The notes: generated by a model not told the origin, from the letters alone. Numbered from the whole stretch's first letter, positions 19,092 through 30,536 are shown. The stretch is DNA of 63,504 nucleotides, filler included, from 7 parts of 7 records of this genome joined end to end with filler, not necessarily neighbours in it; one strand, 5' to 3'. Numbers and translations are program-made.

Positions 19092-20204
19092 TCAGACATT
19101 CCGGTATTCGGATGGTGTTTTCCCGGTCACTTTTTTAAATATCGCGTTTGCCGTTGATTTGGAATTAAACCCACATTCATAGGCTATGGATACAATAGTC
19201 ATGTGATTAAAGTCGGGGCTGGTCAGGCGACTTTTCATTTCCCGTACTCGATATTCATTGATAAACTGATAAAAATTCTTTTTTAAATTATTATTGATTA
19301 CCTGGGTCAGATAATGACGTGATATTTTTATTTGATTCGCAACATCCATGATGGTGAGCTCCGGATTTAGATAGGGCTTGTCATTATCCATATAGTGCTG
19401 CAAATTTCGGATATATTTTTCCGCCTGAGGTGTCGTCAGATTCGAGCTTTTATATTTTTTACTATTTGATTTGGTTTTCTCAGTGTCTGGCTCTTCCACT
19501 CCTGATTTATAAAAAACAGGTTGATTGATGCCAAAATAACTGACACTAAAGGCGAAAACAGTCAATCCAATTCGTAAAAAAAGACGGGGATCAAAAAGAT
19601 ATTCATCGATTTGATAGAAAAGGCCTATATATAAAAATCCGGAGATGGTTACAATGAGAATGGCCAGTATAAATTTTATCCAGTTTAAATTGATGTTTTG
19701 TGACTGATAGGAAAATTTGTCCTTTAATTCTTTTTGATGTTGATTTATCCGCTTTATAAGAACAAAACTATACAAGATGAAGCTGATAATAAAATAAATT
19801 CCATATATGTGTCGATAAATTTTTGCTGTAATTTCAAGATTTGAAGAGGTGAATATGGGATTGTTTATCAAAAACAAAAAGAGAACAACGAATAATAACA
19901 ATACCGGAATAAAGTGGTAAAGCTCTTTCTGGTTAAATCCGGGGTGATCTGTCATAAGAGATTTTACATATATATACATAAATGGCATATAGGTAAGCGG
20001 AAAGAGCAGGGATATGTTCATGATCCCTCTTTTGGGTATAGCCAAACTGCTTTCAACAATTAGAGACAAAGCCATTTCAAAAGCGATAAACAGGAGCCAG
20101 ACCAAAAGGATACGATCCGCAAGGAACCGATGTTTTTTGGTGGCAATAATAAAAGCGGCAAAAAAAGACTGAGATAATCCTATGTATAAAAAGGCTAGTT
20201 GCAT
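19092..20204 (-). CDS. Membrane-integral AraC-family transcriptional regulator
   Basis: About 7 N-terminal TM helices; YLNPELT...NFYQFINEYR...CGFNSKS AraC domain. Confidence 0.9.
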   Translation of the reverse strand: MQLAFLYIGLSQSFFAAFIIATKKHRFLADRILLVWLLFIAFEMALSLIVESSLAIPKRGIMNISLLFPLTYMPFMYIYVKSLMTDHPGFNQKELYHFIPVLLLFVVLFLFLINNPIFTSSNLEITAKIYRHIYGIYFIISFILYSFVLIKRINQHQKELKDKFSYQSQNINLNWIKFILAILIVTISGFLYIGLFYQIDEYLFDPRLFLRIGLTVFAFSVSYFGINQPVFYKSGVEEPDTEKTKSNSKKYKSSNLTTPQAEKYIRNLQHYMDNDKPYLNPELTIMDVANQIKISRHYLTQVINNNLKKNFYQFINEYRVREMKSRLTSPDFNHMTIVSIAYECGFNSKSTANAIFKKVTGKTPSEYRNV

Positions 20205-20431
20205 TGTGTTATTCTGGCTATTGAATATGTTAATTTGATGAATATATAAAACAAAAGTAATAATTCAAAAGTAATTTAAGGTTGCCCCTGTCTGTATATA
20301 AAGATAATCTATACCATTTTCTATCAGAAATTTTTTGCTATTACTTGTGCTTTTTATTTCGATAAATGTCGGCTATTTATTTGTTACTGGTAATAATGTT
20401 AATTAGTCCTTGTGTTTTAATAGGATTTTCT

Positions 20432-20483
20432 TATCTTTCTTATAAGAATATTTCTTACACGAAATATTCTTATAGGAAAGATA
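20432..20483. promoter_or_regulatory. Long inverted repeat, putative MarR operator of the abl operon
   Basis: Perfect 14-bp arms tataagaatatttc / gaaatattcttata around ttacac, extending to 23 bp with one mismatch; 35 nt upstream of marR. Confidence 0.7.
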
Positions 20484-20518
20484 TTAAAAAAAAGACATAT
20501 TATAAGGAATTTTAACAA

Positions 20519-21034
20519 GTGGATAATACAATTGATGCTCAGGATCCATTTTTTGAGAATTATGGTATTCGAATTTTGATTGCTATTCGTCGAATTATTC
20601 GTTCGGTGGATATTTACTCGCGTAAATTGAACAATGAACACAAAGTAACAGCACCTCAAATGCTCTGTTTGTACTCACTGGCTCAAAAAGGGTCAATGAT
20701 GTTGAGTGATCTTGCTAAACAGGTCAATTTAGGAGTTAGCACAGTGAATGGAATTGTTGATCGTTTAGAGGTAAAAGAATTGGCCAGACGACGTCGAAGC
20801 AACACAGATCGTCGTAAGGTTTTCGTTGAAATTACAGATAAAGGTATTGAATTGACACGATCAGCTCCTTTATTATTACAGGATAAATTATCAGAAGCTC
20901 TTCGTGTCCTACCCGAACTGGAACAGGCGGCCATAGCTCTGTCTCTGGAACGTATTGTTGAACTTATGGGTGCAGATCAATTAGATGCATCACCAAATTT
21001 AATACCGAATGCACATGTACAGGAATCAAAATAG
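20519..21034 (+). CDS. MarR-family regulator (EctR/CosR-like)
   Basis: AIRRIIRSVDIYSRKL, STVNGIVDRLE, DRRKVFV, LSLERIVELM. Confidence 0.9.
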   Translation: MDNTIDAQDPFFENYGIRILIAIRRIIRSVDIYSRKLNNEHKVTAPQMLCLYSLAQKGSMMLSDLAKQVNLGVSTVNGIVDRLEVKELARRRRSNTDRRKVFVEITDKGIELTRSAPLLLQDKLSEALRVLPELEQAAIALSLERIVELMGADQLDASPNLIPNAHVQESK

Positions 21035-21043
21035 GATAAAATT

Positions 21044-22357
21044 ATGACATTATCGGACTCTCAAGAGAGAATCTTTAATAATATTGAAAAAGATGGACCT
21101 ATTACACAATGGAAAAACTGGAGATGGCAGGTACGCAATTCTGTTAATGATGTAAAGACATTTGAAAAGCTGTTAGGTGTTGAACTGGGGGAAAAAGTAC
21201 GAAATGATTTTTTAAATACAGTTGAAAAATTCCCCATGTCAGTCACACCTTATTACTTATCCTTAATCGATACGGATAATATTCAAAATGATCCGGTTTT
21301 TATGCAATCCTTTCCATCACCATCAGAGCTCATTATATCAAAACATGATATGCTGGATCCATTACATGAAGATGAGGATAGTCCTGTGCCAGGTATAATT
21401 CACAGGTATCCTGATCGTGTTCTTTTTCTGGTTAGCAATACATGCGCCATGTACTGTCGCCATTGCACGCGTAAACGTCGTGTTGGTGACGTGGATTCGA
21501 TTCCACATCGTAATGAGATTAAAGAGGCTATTGACTATATTCGCCAAAATCCGAATGTCCGTGATGTGCTTTTAAGTGGTGGAGATCCGTTTTTATTATC
21601 TGATTCTTATTTGGAATGGATCCTGTCAGAATTACACAAAATTGAACATGTAGAAATTATTCGCATAGGCACACGCACACCTGTTGTATTGCCTTATCGA
21701 ATTACTGACAAACTTGTGGATATGCTAAAAAAATATCACCCACTATGGATTAATACACATTTTAATCATCCCAGGGAATTAACAAGGTCGTCGCGTACGG
21801 CTCTGGCAAAATTGGCTGATGCCGGAATACCATTGGGTAATCAATCTGTGCTTTTGGCGGGCGTAAATGATTGTCCACGCATTATGAGAGTTCTGTTGCA
21901 TAAACTGGTACAAAACAGAGTGAGACCTTATTATTTATACCAGTGTGATCTTTCAGAGGGACTTTCTCACTTTCGTACACCAGTTGGCAAAGGTATTGAG
22001 ATATTGGAAAGTTTGATTGGACATACCAGTGGATTCTGCATACCCACTTATGTTATTGATGCCCCAGGTGGGGGTGGAAAAATACCTGTCATGCCCAATT
22101 ATCTTATTTCCTGGTCGACCAACAAGGTGGTTTTACGGAATTATGAGGGTGTTATCACCACTTATAAAGAACCGGATTCGTATGAACCCATTTTTTGTGA
22201 TCGGGACTGTGAAAACTGTGAGTTACAATTAAATTTAGATGATGCTGACGAAAATAAAGCAATTGGAATTGGGAAATTACTATCTGATTATGATAGAACC
22301 ATTTCATTAATACCTGCAGAGAATGAGCGGTACAAAAGACGGGATGAAGATAGTTAA
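21044..22357 (+). CDS. ablA: Lysine 2,3-aminomutase (radical SAM/PLP)
   Basis: [33 protein letters not shown]-terminal CDRDCENC; ablB in the same operon. Confidence 0.93.
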   Translation: MTLSDSQERIFNNIEKDGPITQWKNWRWQVRNSVNDVKTFEKLLGVELGEKVRNDFLNTVEKFPMSVTPYYLSLIDTDNIQNDPVFMQSFPSPSELIISKHDMLDPLHEDEDSPVPGIIHRYPDRVLFLVSNTCAMYCRHCTRKRRVGDVDSIPHRNEIKEAIDYIRQNPNVRDVLLSGGDPFLLSDSYLEWILSELHKIEHVEIIRIGTRTPVVLPYRITDKLVDMLKKYHPLWINTHFNHPRELTRSSRTALAKLADAGIPLGNQSVLLAGVNDCPRIMRVLLHKLVQNRVRPYYLYQCDLSEGLSHFRTPVGKGIEILESLIGHTSGFCIPTYVIDAPGGGGKIPVMPNYLISWSTNKVVLRNYEGVITTYKEPDSYEPIFCDRDCENCELQLNLDDADENKAIGIGKLLSDYDRTISLIPAENERYKRRDEDS

Positions 22358-22359
22358 AA

Positions 22360-23793
22360 ATGAATTGGATAGATTATTTAATTTTTGCAGTCTATATGAC
22401 TGGTGTTCTTTCTATTGGTGTATACCATTATCGTCGTAACAAGAGTAGAGAAGATTATTATATCGGTAATCGATCAATAAAAGCAAGCCATGTGGGTCTC
22501 TCTATTGTTGCGACAGATGTTGGTGGAGGATTTTCCATTGGGCTTGGAGGTGTGGGTTTTGCAATGGGCCTGGCAGGTACCTGGTTGTTGTTCACCGGCC
22601 TGGTGGGCGCATGGCTTTGTGCCGTATTTATTATTCCTCGTGTCAAAGCCATTGATGCTAAATGTGGCATGATGACTTTTCCTGACTTTTTACGCCATCG
22701 ATATGATGATAAGGTGGCTTTGGCAGCGGCTCTTATTTCCGGTATTGGATATTTGGGTTTTACCGGCGCGCAAATGTTGGCAGGTGCGAAACTCGCATCA
22801 GCAACTATTATACAGAATAATCCATTTGGAATGGAGCCGATTCAATTTTCTCTTATCGTGATTGCCGTTATTACGATTCTGTATACCGTTATTGGTGGGC
22901 TCAAAGCGGTTATTTATACAGATACAATCCAATGGATTATTTTGCTATGTGGATTGATACTTGTCACCATTCCAGTAACCCTTTATAAAATTGGCGGATT
23001 GACTCAATTGCAGTCAGCTTTACCTGTCACCCATTTTTCATTGACAAACATAAGCCCGATCACATTTATTAACTGGATGATAACCATTATACCCATTTGG
23101 TTGGTTGGCATGACCCTTTATCAGCGCATGTATGCCTGTAAAAACGAACGTGAGGCGAAAAAAGCGTGGTTTATTGCCGGTCTTTTTGAATATCCGGTTA
23201 TGGCGTTTACAGGTGTTTTTCTCGGTATGTGTGCGCGTGTTGTGTTTCCAGCGGCTGAAGCTGAAATGGCGCTTCCTTTATTGATCCGGGATGTTCTCCC
23301 CATTGGTATTACGGGTATTGTAATTGCTTCTTATTTTTCGGCGATTATGTCAACAGCGGATAGTTGCTTAATGGCTTCATCAGGTAATTTTGTAAACGAT
23401 GTCATTGAACGGCATTTAGTACCAGGTACAAAGAGGTCAATTAAATTATCCATGTGGGCAACTTTTGTTATTGGTTCCAGTGCTGTTTTAATAGCTGCTC
23501 AATTCAGTATGGTTTTGGATGTCATTTTATACGCTTACGCTTTTATGGTTTCCGGGCTTTTTATTCCAACACTGGGTGCTTTTTTCTGGAAAAGAGGAAG
23601 CGCCAATGGTGCATTAATCAGTATGATGGGAGGTGGCTGCTTGACATTGTTATTACAGTCCGGAGTCTTGCATTTGCCTGACAACGTTATGGCTACTGGG
23701 CTGGATTTTGGCTTTTATGGGATTGTTTTTTCAGCCCTTTTATACATAAGTGGATCATTAATCTGGCCTGATATGCAAAATAATGAGCAATAA
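22360..23793 (+). CDS. Sodium:solute symporter family transporter
   Basis: Polytopic membrane protein; [19 protein letters not shown]. Confidence 0.92.
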   Translation: MNWIDYLIFAVYMTGVLSIGVYHYRRNKSREDYYIGNRSIKASHVGLSIVATDVGGGFSIGLGGVGFAMGLAGTWLLFTGLVGAWLCAVFIIPRVKAIDAKCGMMTFPDFLRHRYDDKVALAAALISGIGYLGFTGAQMLAGAKLASATIIQNNPFGMEPIQFSLIVIAVITILYTVIGGLKAVIYTDTIQWIILLCGLILVTIPVTLYKIGGLTQLQSALPVTHFSLTNISPITFINWMITIIPIWLVGMTLYQRMYACKNEREAKKAWFIAGLFEYPVMAFTGVFLGMCARVVFPAAEAEMALPLLIRDVLPIGITGIVIASYFSAIMSTADSCLMASSGNFVNDVIERHLVPGTKRSIKLSMWATFVIGSSAVLIAAQFSMVLDVILYAYAFMVSGLFIPTLGAFFWKRGSANGALISMMGGGCLTLLLQSGVLHLPDNVMATGLDFGFYGIVFSALLYISGSLIWPDMQNNEQ

Positions 23794-23827
23794 AATTTCA
23801 AAATATTCAAAAATATGATAGAATGAT

Positions 23828-24664
23828 ATGAATGATATAATTGAAAATATCCTTGGAGCAACCCTTCAACATGGAGTGTTGAATAATCGTATTTATTTAA
23901 TGGATTTGAATAAAACAAAACCGGAATTAATTTTACCAAAATTAGAGCAGTTGGCTGTGCAAAAAAAGTATACAAAGATATTTGCCAAAATTCCGATTAC
24001 AGCTGGTATGGCTTTTTTTAAACATGGTTTTCGGAAAGAAGCCTGTATTCCCGGTTTTTTCAGTGGATTAGAAAGCGCTCTTTTTGTTAGTCGATTCTTC
24101 AGCAAAGAGCGAGAGGAGTTACAGAATAAAGAGGAAGTGGAGCATATTCAATATCTGGCTCAAAATAAAAGGGATGCTGATAATGAAGTAAAACAGCCGG
24201 ATAATGATGTAAAAATACGTCTTTGTACAGAAAACGATGCAAAGATAATGAGTAAAATTTATAAAGAGGTATTTGCTACATATCCTTTTCCCATAGATAA
24301 TCCTGAGTATCTCATAGAGACCATGCGCTCTCATGTTGTTTATTATGGGATAGAGATAAATAATAATCTCGTGGCTCTTTCTTCTGCTGAAATTGATAAG
24401 CATAATAGAAATGTTGAAATGACTGATTTTGCCACGTTACCAGAGTGGCGCGGGCGTGGTTTTGCCTCTTTTTTACTCAACTATATGGAAATCGAAATGG
24501 CAAAACGCGGTATTTTAATGGCTTACACTATCGCACGAGCCATTTCTCATGGCATGAATTTGACGTTTGGTAAACTGAATTATAATTTTGCAGGGCGATT
24601 GATTAATAATACCAACATTTCAGGGAATATAGAAAGTATGAATATTTGGTATAAAGGATTGTAA
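23828..24664 (+). CDS. ablB: Beta-lysine N-epsilon-acetyltransferase (GNAT)
   Basis: NNRIYLM, YTKIFAK, YPFPI, EMTDFATLPEWRGRG, GRLINNTNISGNIESMNIWYK. Confidence 0.92.
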   Translation: MNDIIENILGATLQHGVLNNRIYLMDLNKTKPELILPKLEQLAVQKKYTKIFAKIPITAGMAFFKHGFRKEACIPGFFSGLESALFVSRFFSKEREELQNKEEVEHIQYLAQNKRDADNEVKQPDNDVKIRLCTENDAKIMSKIYKEVFATYPFPIDNPEYLIETMRSHVVYYGIEINNNLVALSSAEIDKHNRNVEMTDFATLPEWRGRGFASFLLNYMEIEMAKRGILMAYTIARAISHGMNLTFGKLNYNFAGRLINNTNISGNIESMNIWYKGL

Positions 24665-25026
24665 TGAAAATTTAGTGACCTTCATTTCCCCCCTAAATGA
24701 TATATTTTTAAAACGGAATGTCCGTAAAAATATTTGTTTTAATCCAGGAATAACCTCTTTTTATCTCCCAATGGACCGCAATGATTGGCCAATTCTTTGC
24801 ACTTTTTGAAACAAAATGATTATATTTACGTCTTTACATACCAGGGAAAGTAGGTCCTGAATTGAAAGTCAGGAATTAAATTTTACTGTTTTATTCTCAA
24901 AAAAGGAAAATGTGCGAGACAATTGAGGTGAATCCTTTTCAAGACCTGCCATCCAATAGAATACTTTACAAACCTTTATTTTCTAATTTACAATTCAAGT
25001 CAATATTACACCTGGAGGAATTCAGT

Positions 25027-28014
25027 ATGGATGTAAACCGATCAATCCTGTCAATTATTTTGTTGTTGCTTTTTGCCTGTAGCACCACACTTTTGGCTGC
25101 GTTTAAAAAGGGTGACACTTATCATGGTTTTAAACTGCTGGATAAACGCTTTGTCAAGGAAGTTAATGCTGAATGCCTGTATTTCGAACACATGAAAAGT
25201 GGAGCGCGGCTTCTCAAGATTGCTGCAGATGATGCCAACAAGACGTTTAGCATTGCCTTCAAGACCGTGACAGAGTCTGATTGTGGGACACCGCATATTA
25301 TGGAGCATTCTGTTTTGAATGGTTCCAAGCAGTTCCCGGTCAAGAGTCCGTTTGACGTTTTGGCCAAAGGATCGCTCAATACCTTTTTGAATGCCATGAC
25401 AGGAAAACATATGACGGTTTATCCTGTGGCCAGTATGAATGACAAGGATTACTTTAATTTAATGCATGTTTACCTGGATGCTACTCTTGCACCACTCATT
25501 TATGATGATGAGCGTATCTTCAATCAAGAGGGCTGGCATCATGAGTTGACCGATGCAGAGAGTCCTGTCGTCTACAAAGGCGTGGTATATAATGAAATGA
25601 AAGGCGCTTTTTCCAGTCCGACACGGGAATTGGATTACCAAATCTACAAAAATCTTTTCCCGGACACACCATATCGGTTTTCCTCTGGTGGCTATCCTGC
25701 GGCCATCCCCTCTTTGACTTTTGAAAAGTTCAAGAACTACCACCGCCGTTATTATCATCCGGCCAACAGTTACATTTTTCTTTATGGTGATGCAGATTTG
25801 AACAAGGAACTGGCATTTATTGATGCTGAATACTTGTCCGACTTTGAAAAAGACGATGTGCGTGCTTTTATTCCACTTCAGAAGCCCTTTAAAGCAATGA
25901 AACAGGTCACAGGATATTATCCCGTAACGGATGATGCGACCACAGAGGATCAAACCTATTTAACATTAAATTTTGTTATTGGTCAGAACACAGATTTGCC
26001 TTTGAGTATGGCATTGGATGTACTAAGGGATGTGTTAGTCAATCAGGAATCCGCGCCAATTCGCCTGGCATTGCAGGAGGCTGGCATAGGTAAGGAAGTC
26101 AGAGCCTATATGGATGATTTTAAACAAAATGTGTTTCAAGTTGTGGTACAAAATGCCAATCTGGGTGATAAAGATAAATTTCGAGAGATTGTTTTGAATA
26201 CCCTGCGTAAAACCGCTGAAAAGGGACTGGATAAGGAAGCTGTTGAGGGTACTCTGAATCGAATGGAATTTCGTTTGCGTGAAGGTGATGATGCGCAAAA
26301 GGGAATAACATATAATATGCGCGCTATTACAAGCTGGTTTTTCGCTGACGACCCGTTTCCCAGTCTAGAGTATGAAAAACCGTTAGCCAATGTAAAAAAA
26401 GCAGTTCAGGAAAATTATTTAGAATCTATTATCCTGTCCGAAATGGTGGAGAATCCCCACGCTCTTTTGCTTGTCCTTGAGCCAAAGCCGGGTCTTGAAA
26501 ATGAAAATTCGGAAAAAATTGCGGCAGAACTTGAAACTTTCAAAACCTCACTTGAGGCGGCAGATAAAAAAATGTTGATAAAGGAGACTCAGGAACTGCT
26601 TGCTTATCAAAAAAGGGAAGACACTCCGGAAGCCCTGGCCACGATTCCACTCTTGGATTTGAAAGATATCAATCCAAAAGCAGAATGGTATTCTGTCAGC
26701 GAAAAACAGGTTGCTGGGGTGCCTGTTTTACATCGTGATGATTTTACCAACAATGTGGTTTATGCCAGACTTTATTTTGATGCCCGCGTGCTGCCGGTTG
26801 AACTGGTTCCTTATGCCGCACTCCTGGCTGAGGTCATGGGCAGCCTGAATACAGATAATTATAATTATGGTGATTTGGACAAGGCGTTAAATATTCATAC
26901 AGGTGGATTTAACACCTATCTGAACAGTTACCTGGAGAATCGCGACGATAGCCATATGATTCCCAGGTTTGTCGTGTCCTCAAAGGCAATGAATAATAAA
27001 GTCGATAAATTATTTGAACTGGTTGGAGAAATCGTTAACCAGACCCGATATACAGACAAAGATCGGCTGAAAGCAGTTCTCACCCGTCATCAGTCCCGAC
27101 TGGATGGTCAGATCAAAAGAAATGGGTATGGGTACAGTCGTACACGGCTTCTTTCCTATTTTAGCAATCAGGGCATGTTCAACGAACAAACTGGTGGAGT
27201 GGAGTATTACTGGTTTATTACGGATCTGGCAACACATTTTGACGATAAAGCAGATGACATTATTAGCAATTTGAGCCAAACCGCTTCTTTATTATTTACT
27301 AAAGGAAATCTGTTCGCTGCCACAACATGTGGTAATGCAGATGTACCGGTCTATTCCACAGGTTTGGAGAAGTTTGTTCAATTACTGCCTGGTGGCAAAG
27401 TCACGTTGAATGATTGGGCTTTTGATCTGCAAAAGAAGAATGAAGGTATGTTGACAGCTTCAAAAGTACAGTACGTATTAAAAGGATATGATTTTAAAAA
27501 ACTGGGATACAAATGGGATGGGAAAATGCGCGTACTCAATCAGATTGTCAGCCGTGATTGGTTAACGAATCAGGTTCGGGTTATCGGCGGGGCCTATGGC
27601 GGATTTTGTTCGTTTTCATCCACAGGTATGGTGTATTTTGCGTCGTACCGTGATCCCAATCTGACGGAAACGCTGGATAATTTTAACGGCACCCCTGATT
27701 ATCTGAAAAAGTTTCAGGCAGATGACAAGACCATGACGCGTTTTATCATTGGTACAGTGGCACGTATGGATAGCCCTTTGACTCCCTCAGAAAAAGGGGA
27801 CGTGGCGTTTCGGCGTTATTTTGAAAAAACGAAAAAAGAGGATCTTCAACGTGAACGCAAGGCCGTGTTGGCTACGAGACCTGAGGATATCCGGTCTATG
27901 GAGAAACTGGTGTCTGATATCCTGAATCAGGATGCTTATTGTGTATATGGAAATGAAGAAAAGGTCGAATCTGAAAAAGCCTTGTTTAAAACAACTGTGA
28001 AATTGAGCAAATAA
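25027..28014 (+). CDS. M16C (presequence protease-like) metallopeptidase with signal peptide
   Basis: HIMEH inverted zinc motif, LNTFLNAMT, GVVYNEMKG, VRVIGGAYGG, SYRDPN; start at MDVNRS after GGAGG. Confidence 0.9.
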   Translation: MDVNRSILSIILLLLFACSTTLLAAFKKGDTYHGFKLLDKRFVKEVNAECLYFEHMKSGARLLKIAADDANKTFSIAFKTVTESDCGTPHIMEHSVLNGSKQFPVKSPFDVLAKGSLNTFLNAMTGKHMTVYPVASMNDKDYFNLMHVYLDATLAPLIYDDERIFNQEGWHHELTDAESPVVYKGVVYNEMKGAFSSPTRELDYQIYKNLFPDTPYRFSSGGYPAAIPSLTFEKFKNYHRRYYHPANSYIFLYGDADLNKELAFIDAEYLSDFEKDDVRAFIPLQKPFKAMKQVTGYYPVTDDATTEDQTYLTLNFVIGQNTDLPLSMALDVLRDVLVNQESAPIRLALQEAGIGKEVRAYMDDFKQNVFQVVVQNANLGDKDKFREIVLNTLRKTAEKGLDKEAVEGTLNRMEFRLREGDDAQKGITYNMRAITSWFFADDPFPSLEYEKPLANVKKAVQENYLESIILSEMVENPHALLLVLEPKPGLENENSEKIAAELETFKTSLEAADKKMLIKETQELLAYQKREDTPEALATIPLLDLKDINPKAEWYSVSEKQVAGVPVLHRDDFTNNVVYARLYFDARVLPVELVPYAALLAEVMGSLNTDNYNYGDLDKALNIHTGGFNTYLNSYLENRDDSHMIPRFVVSSKAMNNKVDKLFELVGEIVNQTRYTDKDRLKAVLTRHQSRLDGQIKRNGYGYSRTRLLSYFSNQGMFNEQTGGVEYYWFITDLATHFDDKADDIISNLSQTASLLFTKGNLFAATTCGNADVPVYSTGLEKFVQLLPGGKVTLNDWAFDLQKKNEGMLTASKVQYVLKGYDFKKLGYKWDGKMRVLNQIVSRDWLTNQVRVIGGAYGGFCSFSSTGMVYFASYRDPNLTETLDNFNGTPDYLKKFQADDKTMTRFIIGTVARMDSPLTPSEKGDVAFRRYFEKTKKEDLQRERKAVLATRPEDIRSMEKLVSDILNQDAYCVYGNEEKVESEKALFKTTVKLSK

Positions 28015-28078
28015 AAAAGATCTTAATAGTCTATAGTTATCAGCTAGCTGAAAGCATAGTACTTAGATAATGTTATTT

Positions 28079-28119
28079 AAAAAGGCGTAATAGATTTGGT
28101 TACTATTTACGCCTTTTTT
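28079..28119 (+). terminator. Intrinsic terminator
   Basis: aaaaaggcgtaatag...ctatttacgcctttttt. Confidence 0.8.
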
Positions 28120-28256
28120 GTTAAATTTAATTGACCTGACTGGCGTTTTGTACTAAAAGAATCGTTTTCAAGTGAAAAATATCAATTAATGTGATTCGGT
28201 AGGTAATGGATCAGTTTAAGTAAAATAAAGCGGTTGATGAAGAGGCAGGAGAAAAA

Positions 28257-28537
28257 ATGGACAAGATAAAATATATTTTTTGGAATTCCCAACAACGTCG
28301 TCTTCGAACAGGCTATCGGGTGATATTACAAATTGTTCTATCAATTCTATTAGGTCTATTAATTCGAATGGCGGTAAAAAGTACAGGGATACAGCTCAAA
28401 TTTGATATTAACACACCCTTGTGGGGCATTCTTATTATAGCTGGATTCAGACTCAGTGTACCGCTCTTTAGTGTCTGGTTTGCCGGCCGTTTCCTGGATC
28501 GCCGATTTTTTGCTGATTTTGGTTTTCATTTTAAAAA
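28257..28537 (+). CDS. CPBP/Abi-family membrane protease, N-terminal fragment
   Basis: RLRTGYR ... RFLDRRFFADFGF N-terminal pattern; cut by contig end. Confidence 0.6.
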
Positions 28538-28653
28538 NNNNNNNNNNNNNNNNNNNNNNNNNNNNNNNNNNNNNNNNNNNNTTAATTAATTAANNNNNNN
28601 NNNNNNNNNNNNNNNNNNNNNNNNNNNNNNNNNNNNNGGCTATAGTGGGTGAC

Positions 28654-29136
28654 ATGAACCATGATCTAACTACCCGAAGCCCGGAAGAGACCTACGACCT
28701 GGGGCGACGATTTGGGCAACAGATTCGGAGCGGCCTGACGATCAGACTCAATGGAGACCTGGGCAGCGGGAAAACCTGCTTCGTCCAGGGATTGGCGCGC
28801 GGCCTGGAGGTGCCTGAAGGCTATGACATCACCAGTCCGACTTATGCCCTGATCCATGAATATCCCGGCCGAGTCCCCTTCTACCACGTCGATCTCTACC
28901 GTCTCACAGGAAGCATGGATGCCGAAGCCGTCGGCCTCTGGGAACTGTTCGATGGAGAGGGCGTCGTTGCCGTGGAGTGGGAGGAGCGCCTTGATGAAAA
29001 CGACTGGCCCGAAACCGGACTGAGGATCGAAATGCGTATCGTGGACGATGAGACACGCCGGATCCGCCTAATTGGATATGGACTTGAAACGAACAATTTG
29101 ATAAAGGAGACGGTCGAAAATTGGAACCCGCGATGA
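28654..29136 (+). CDS. tsaE: tRNA threonylcarbamoyladenosine biosynthesis ATPase
   Basis: GDLGSGKT, TSPTYAL, HVDLYRL, VEW. Confidence 0.95.
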   Translation: MNHDLTTRSPEETYDLGRRFGQQIRSGLTIRLNGDLGSGKTCFVQGLARGLEVPEGYDITSPTYALIHEYPGRVPFYHVDLYRLTGSMDAEAVGLWELFDGEGVVAVEWEERLDENDWPETGLRIEMRIVDDETRRIRLIGYGLETNNLIKETVENWNPR

Positions 29137-29205
29137 GTTTCAGGCAACCGGCTCACCAAGGTCCTCAAACAACACAGCCTCCCAAGGCGCTTTAAAGGAA
29201 TATGT

Positions 29206-30426
29206 ATGGCGTTAGTCGTTCAGAAATACGGCGGCACTTCGGTGGCCGACATCGAACGCATCGAGAATGTGGCCCGTCGCGTGGCCAAGACCTACGACCA
29301 GGGCAACGAGGTGGTCGTGATTCTATCGGCCATGGCTGGTGTCACGGACAGCTTGATCGAACTGGCCCACAAAGCCGCCGAAGAGCCGGACAAGCGGGAG
29401 ATGGATGTCCTGCTGTCCACCGGCGAACAGACCACGGCGGCGCTGCTGGCCATGATGCTCAAAACCAAAGGCTATAAAGCGCAATCGATGTTGGGTCATC
29501 AGGCTGAAGTGGTCACCGATTCTGCCTATGGCAATGCGCGCATCCTGGAGATCGGCGCCGAGCAGCTGCACAAACTCGTCGCCAACCGCACCATCGTGGT
29601 GGTGGCCGGATTCCAAGGGTACGACATCAAAGGCAACATCACCACCCTCGGCAGGGGCGGTTCGGACACCTCGGCCGTTGCCATAGCAGCGGCGATCAAC
29701 GCGGATGTTTGTGAAATCTACACCGATGTAGACGGCATCTACACCGCCGATCCCAACATCTGCCCCAAAGCGCGCAAGATAAAATCGATCTCCTACGACG
29801 AGATGCTCAACATGGCCAGCCTTGGGGCCAAAGTGCTGCAGATCCGCTCGGTGGGATTCGCCAAAAAGTATAACATCCCCGTACATGTACGTTCATCTTT
29901 CAGAGAGGAGGAAGGCACCATGGTGGTCAATGAAGATTCGGGCATGGAACAACTGCTGGTTTCCGGCGTTTCGCACGACAAGAATCAGGCCCGCGTCACC
30001 ATCACGAAAGTACCCGACCAACCGGGCATAGCGGCAAAAATCTTCTCCCCTCTGTCCGAGGACGGCATCGTCGTCGATATGATCATCCAGAACACGCGCC
30101 AGGGCGGCAAAACCGATATGACCTTTACTGTTCCCAAAGGCGATTTCAAACGGACGATGGAGATCACGCAGAAAGTAGCCGCTGAAATCAATGCCGAAGA
30201 GGTAATGGGCGACACCGATATCGCCATGGTATCGGCCATCGGCGTCGGCATGAAAAACCACTCCGGTGTCGCCTCGGTCATGTTCAACACCCTCGCTCGG
30301 GAAGGTATCAACATCATCATGATCAGCACCTCTGAAATCCGAATTTCCTGCGTCATCGAAGAGAAGTATACCGAACTGGCGGTAAGAGTACTGCACTCCG
30401 CCTTCGGCCTGGACGACGAAGATTAG
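29206..30426 (+). CDS. lysC: Aspartate kinase
   Basis: [26 protein letters not shown], two ACT domains. Confidence 0.97.
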   Translation: MALVVQKYGGTSVADIERIENVARRVAKTYDQGNEVVVILSAMAGVTDSLIELAHKAAEEPDKREMDVLLSTGEQTTAALLAMMLKTKGYKAQSMLGHQAEVVTDSAYGNARILEIGAEQLHKLVANRTIVVVAGFQGYDIKGNITTLGRGGSDTSAVAIAAAINADVCEIYTDVDGIYTADPNICPKARKIKSISYDEMLNMASLGAKVLQIRSVGFAKKYNIPVHVRSSFREEEGTMVVNEDSGMEQLLVSGVSHDKNQARVTITKVPDQPGIAAKIFSPLSEDGIVVDMIIQNTRQGGKTDMTFTVPKGDFKRTMEITQKVAAEINAEEVMGDTDIAMVSAIGVGMKNHSGVASVMFNTLAREGINIIMISTSEIRISCVIEEKYTELAVRVLHSAFGLDDED

Positions 30427-30434
30427 AACCTTCG

Positions 30435-30536
30435 ATGAAACTGCCCCAATTCAGCCCTGATCAACTGGTACTGGTGCTCCTGGTGGGATTGGCGATGGCT
30501 GGCCTTGCCCTGTGGCGATTTATCACACTTTACTGA
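30435..30536 (+). CDS. 33-aa single-pass membrane peptide (below ORF-track cutoff)
   Basis: [33 protein letters not shown]; starts 8 nt after the lysC stop. Confidence 0.55.
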   Translation: MKLPQFSPDQLVLVLLVGLAMAGLALWRFITLY

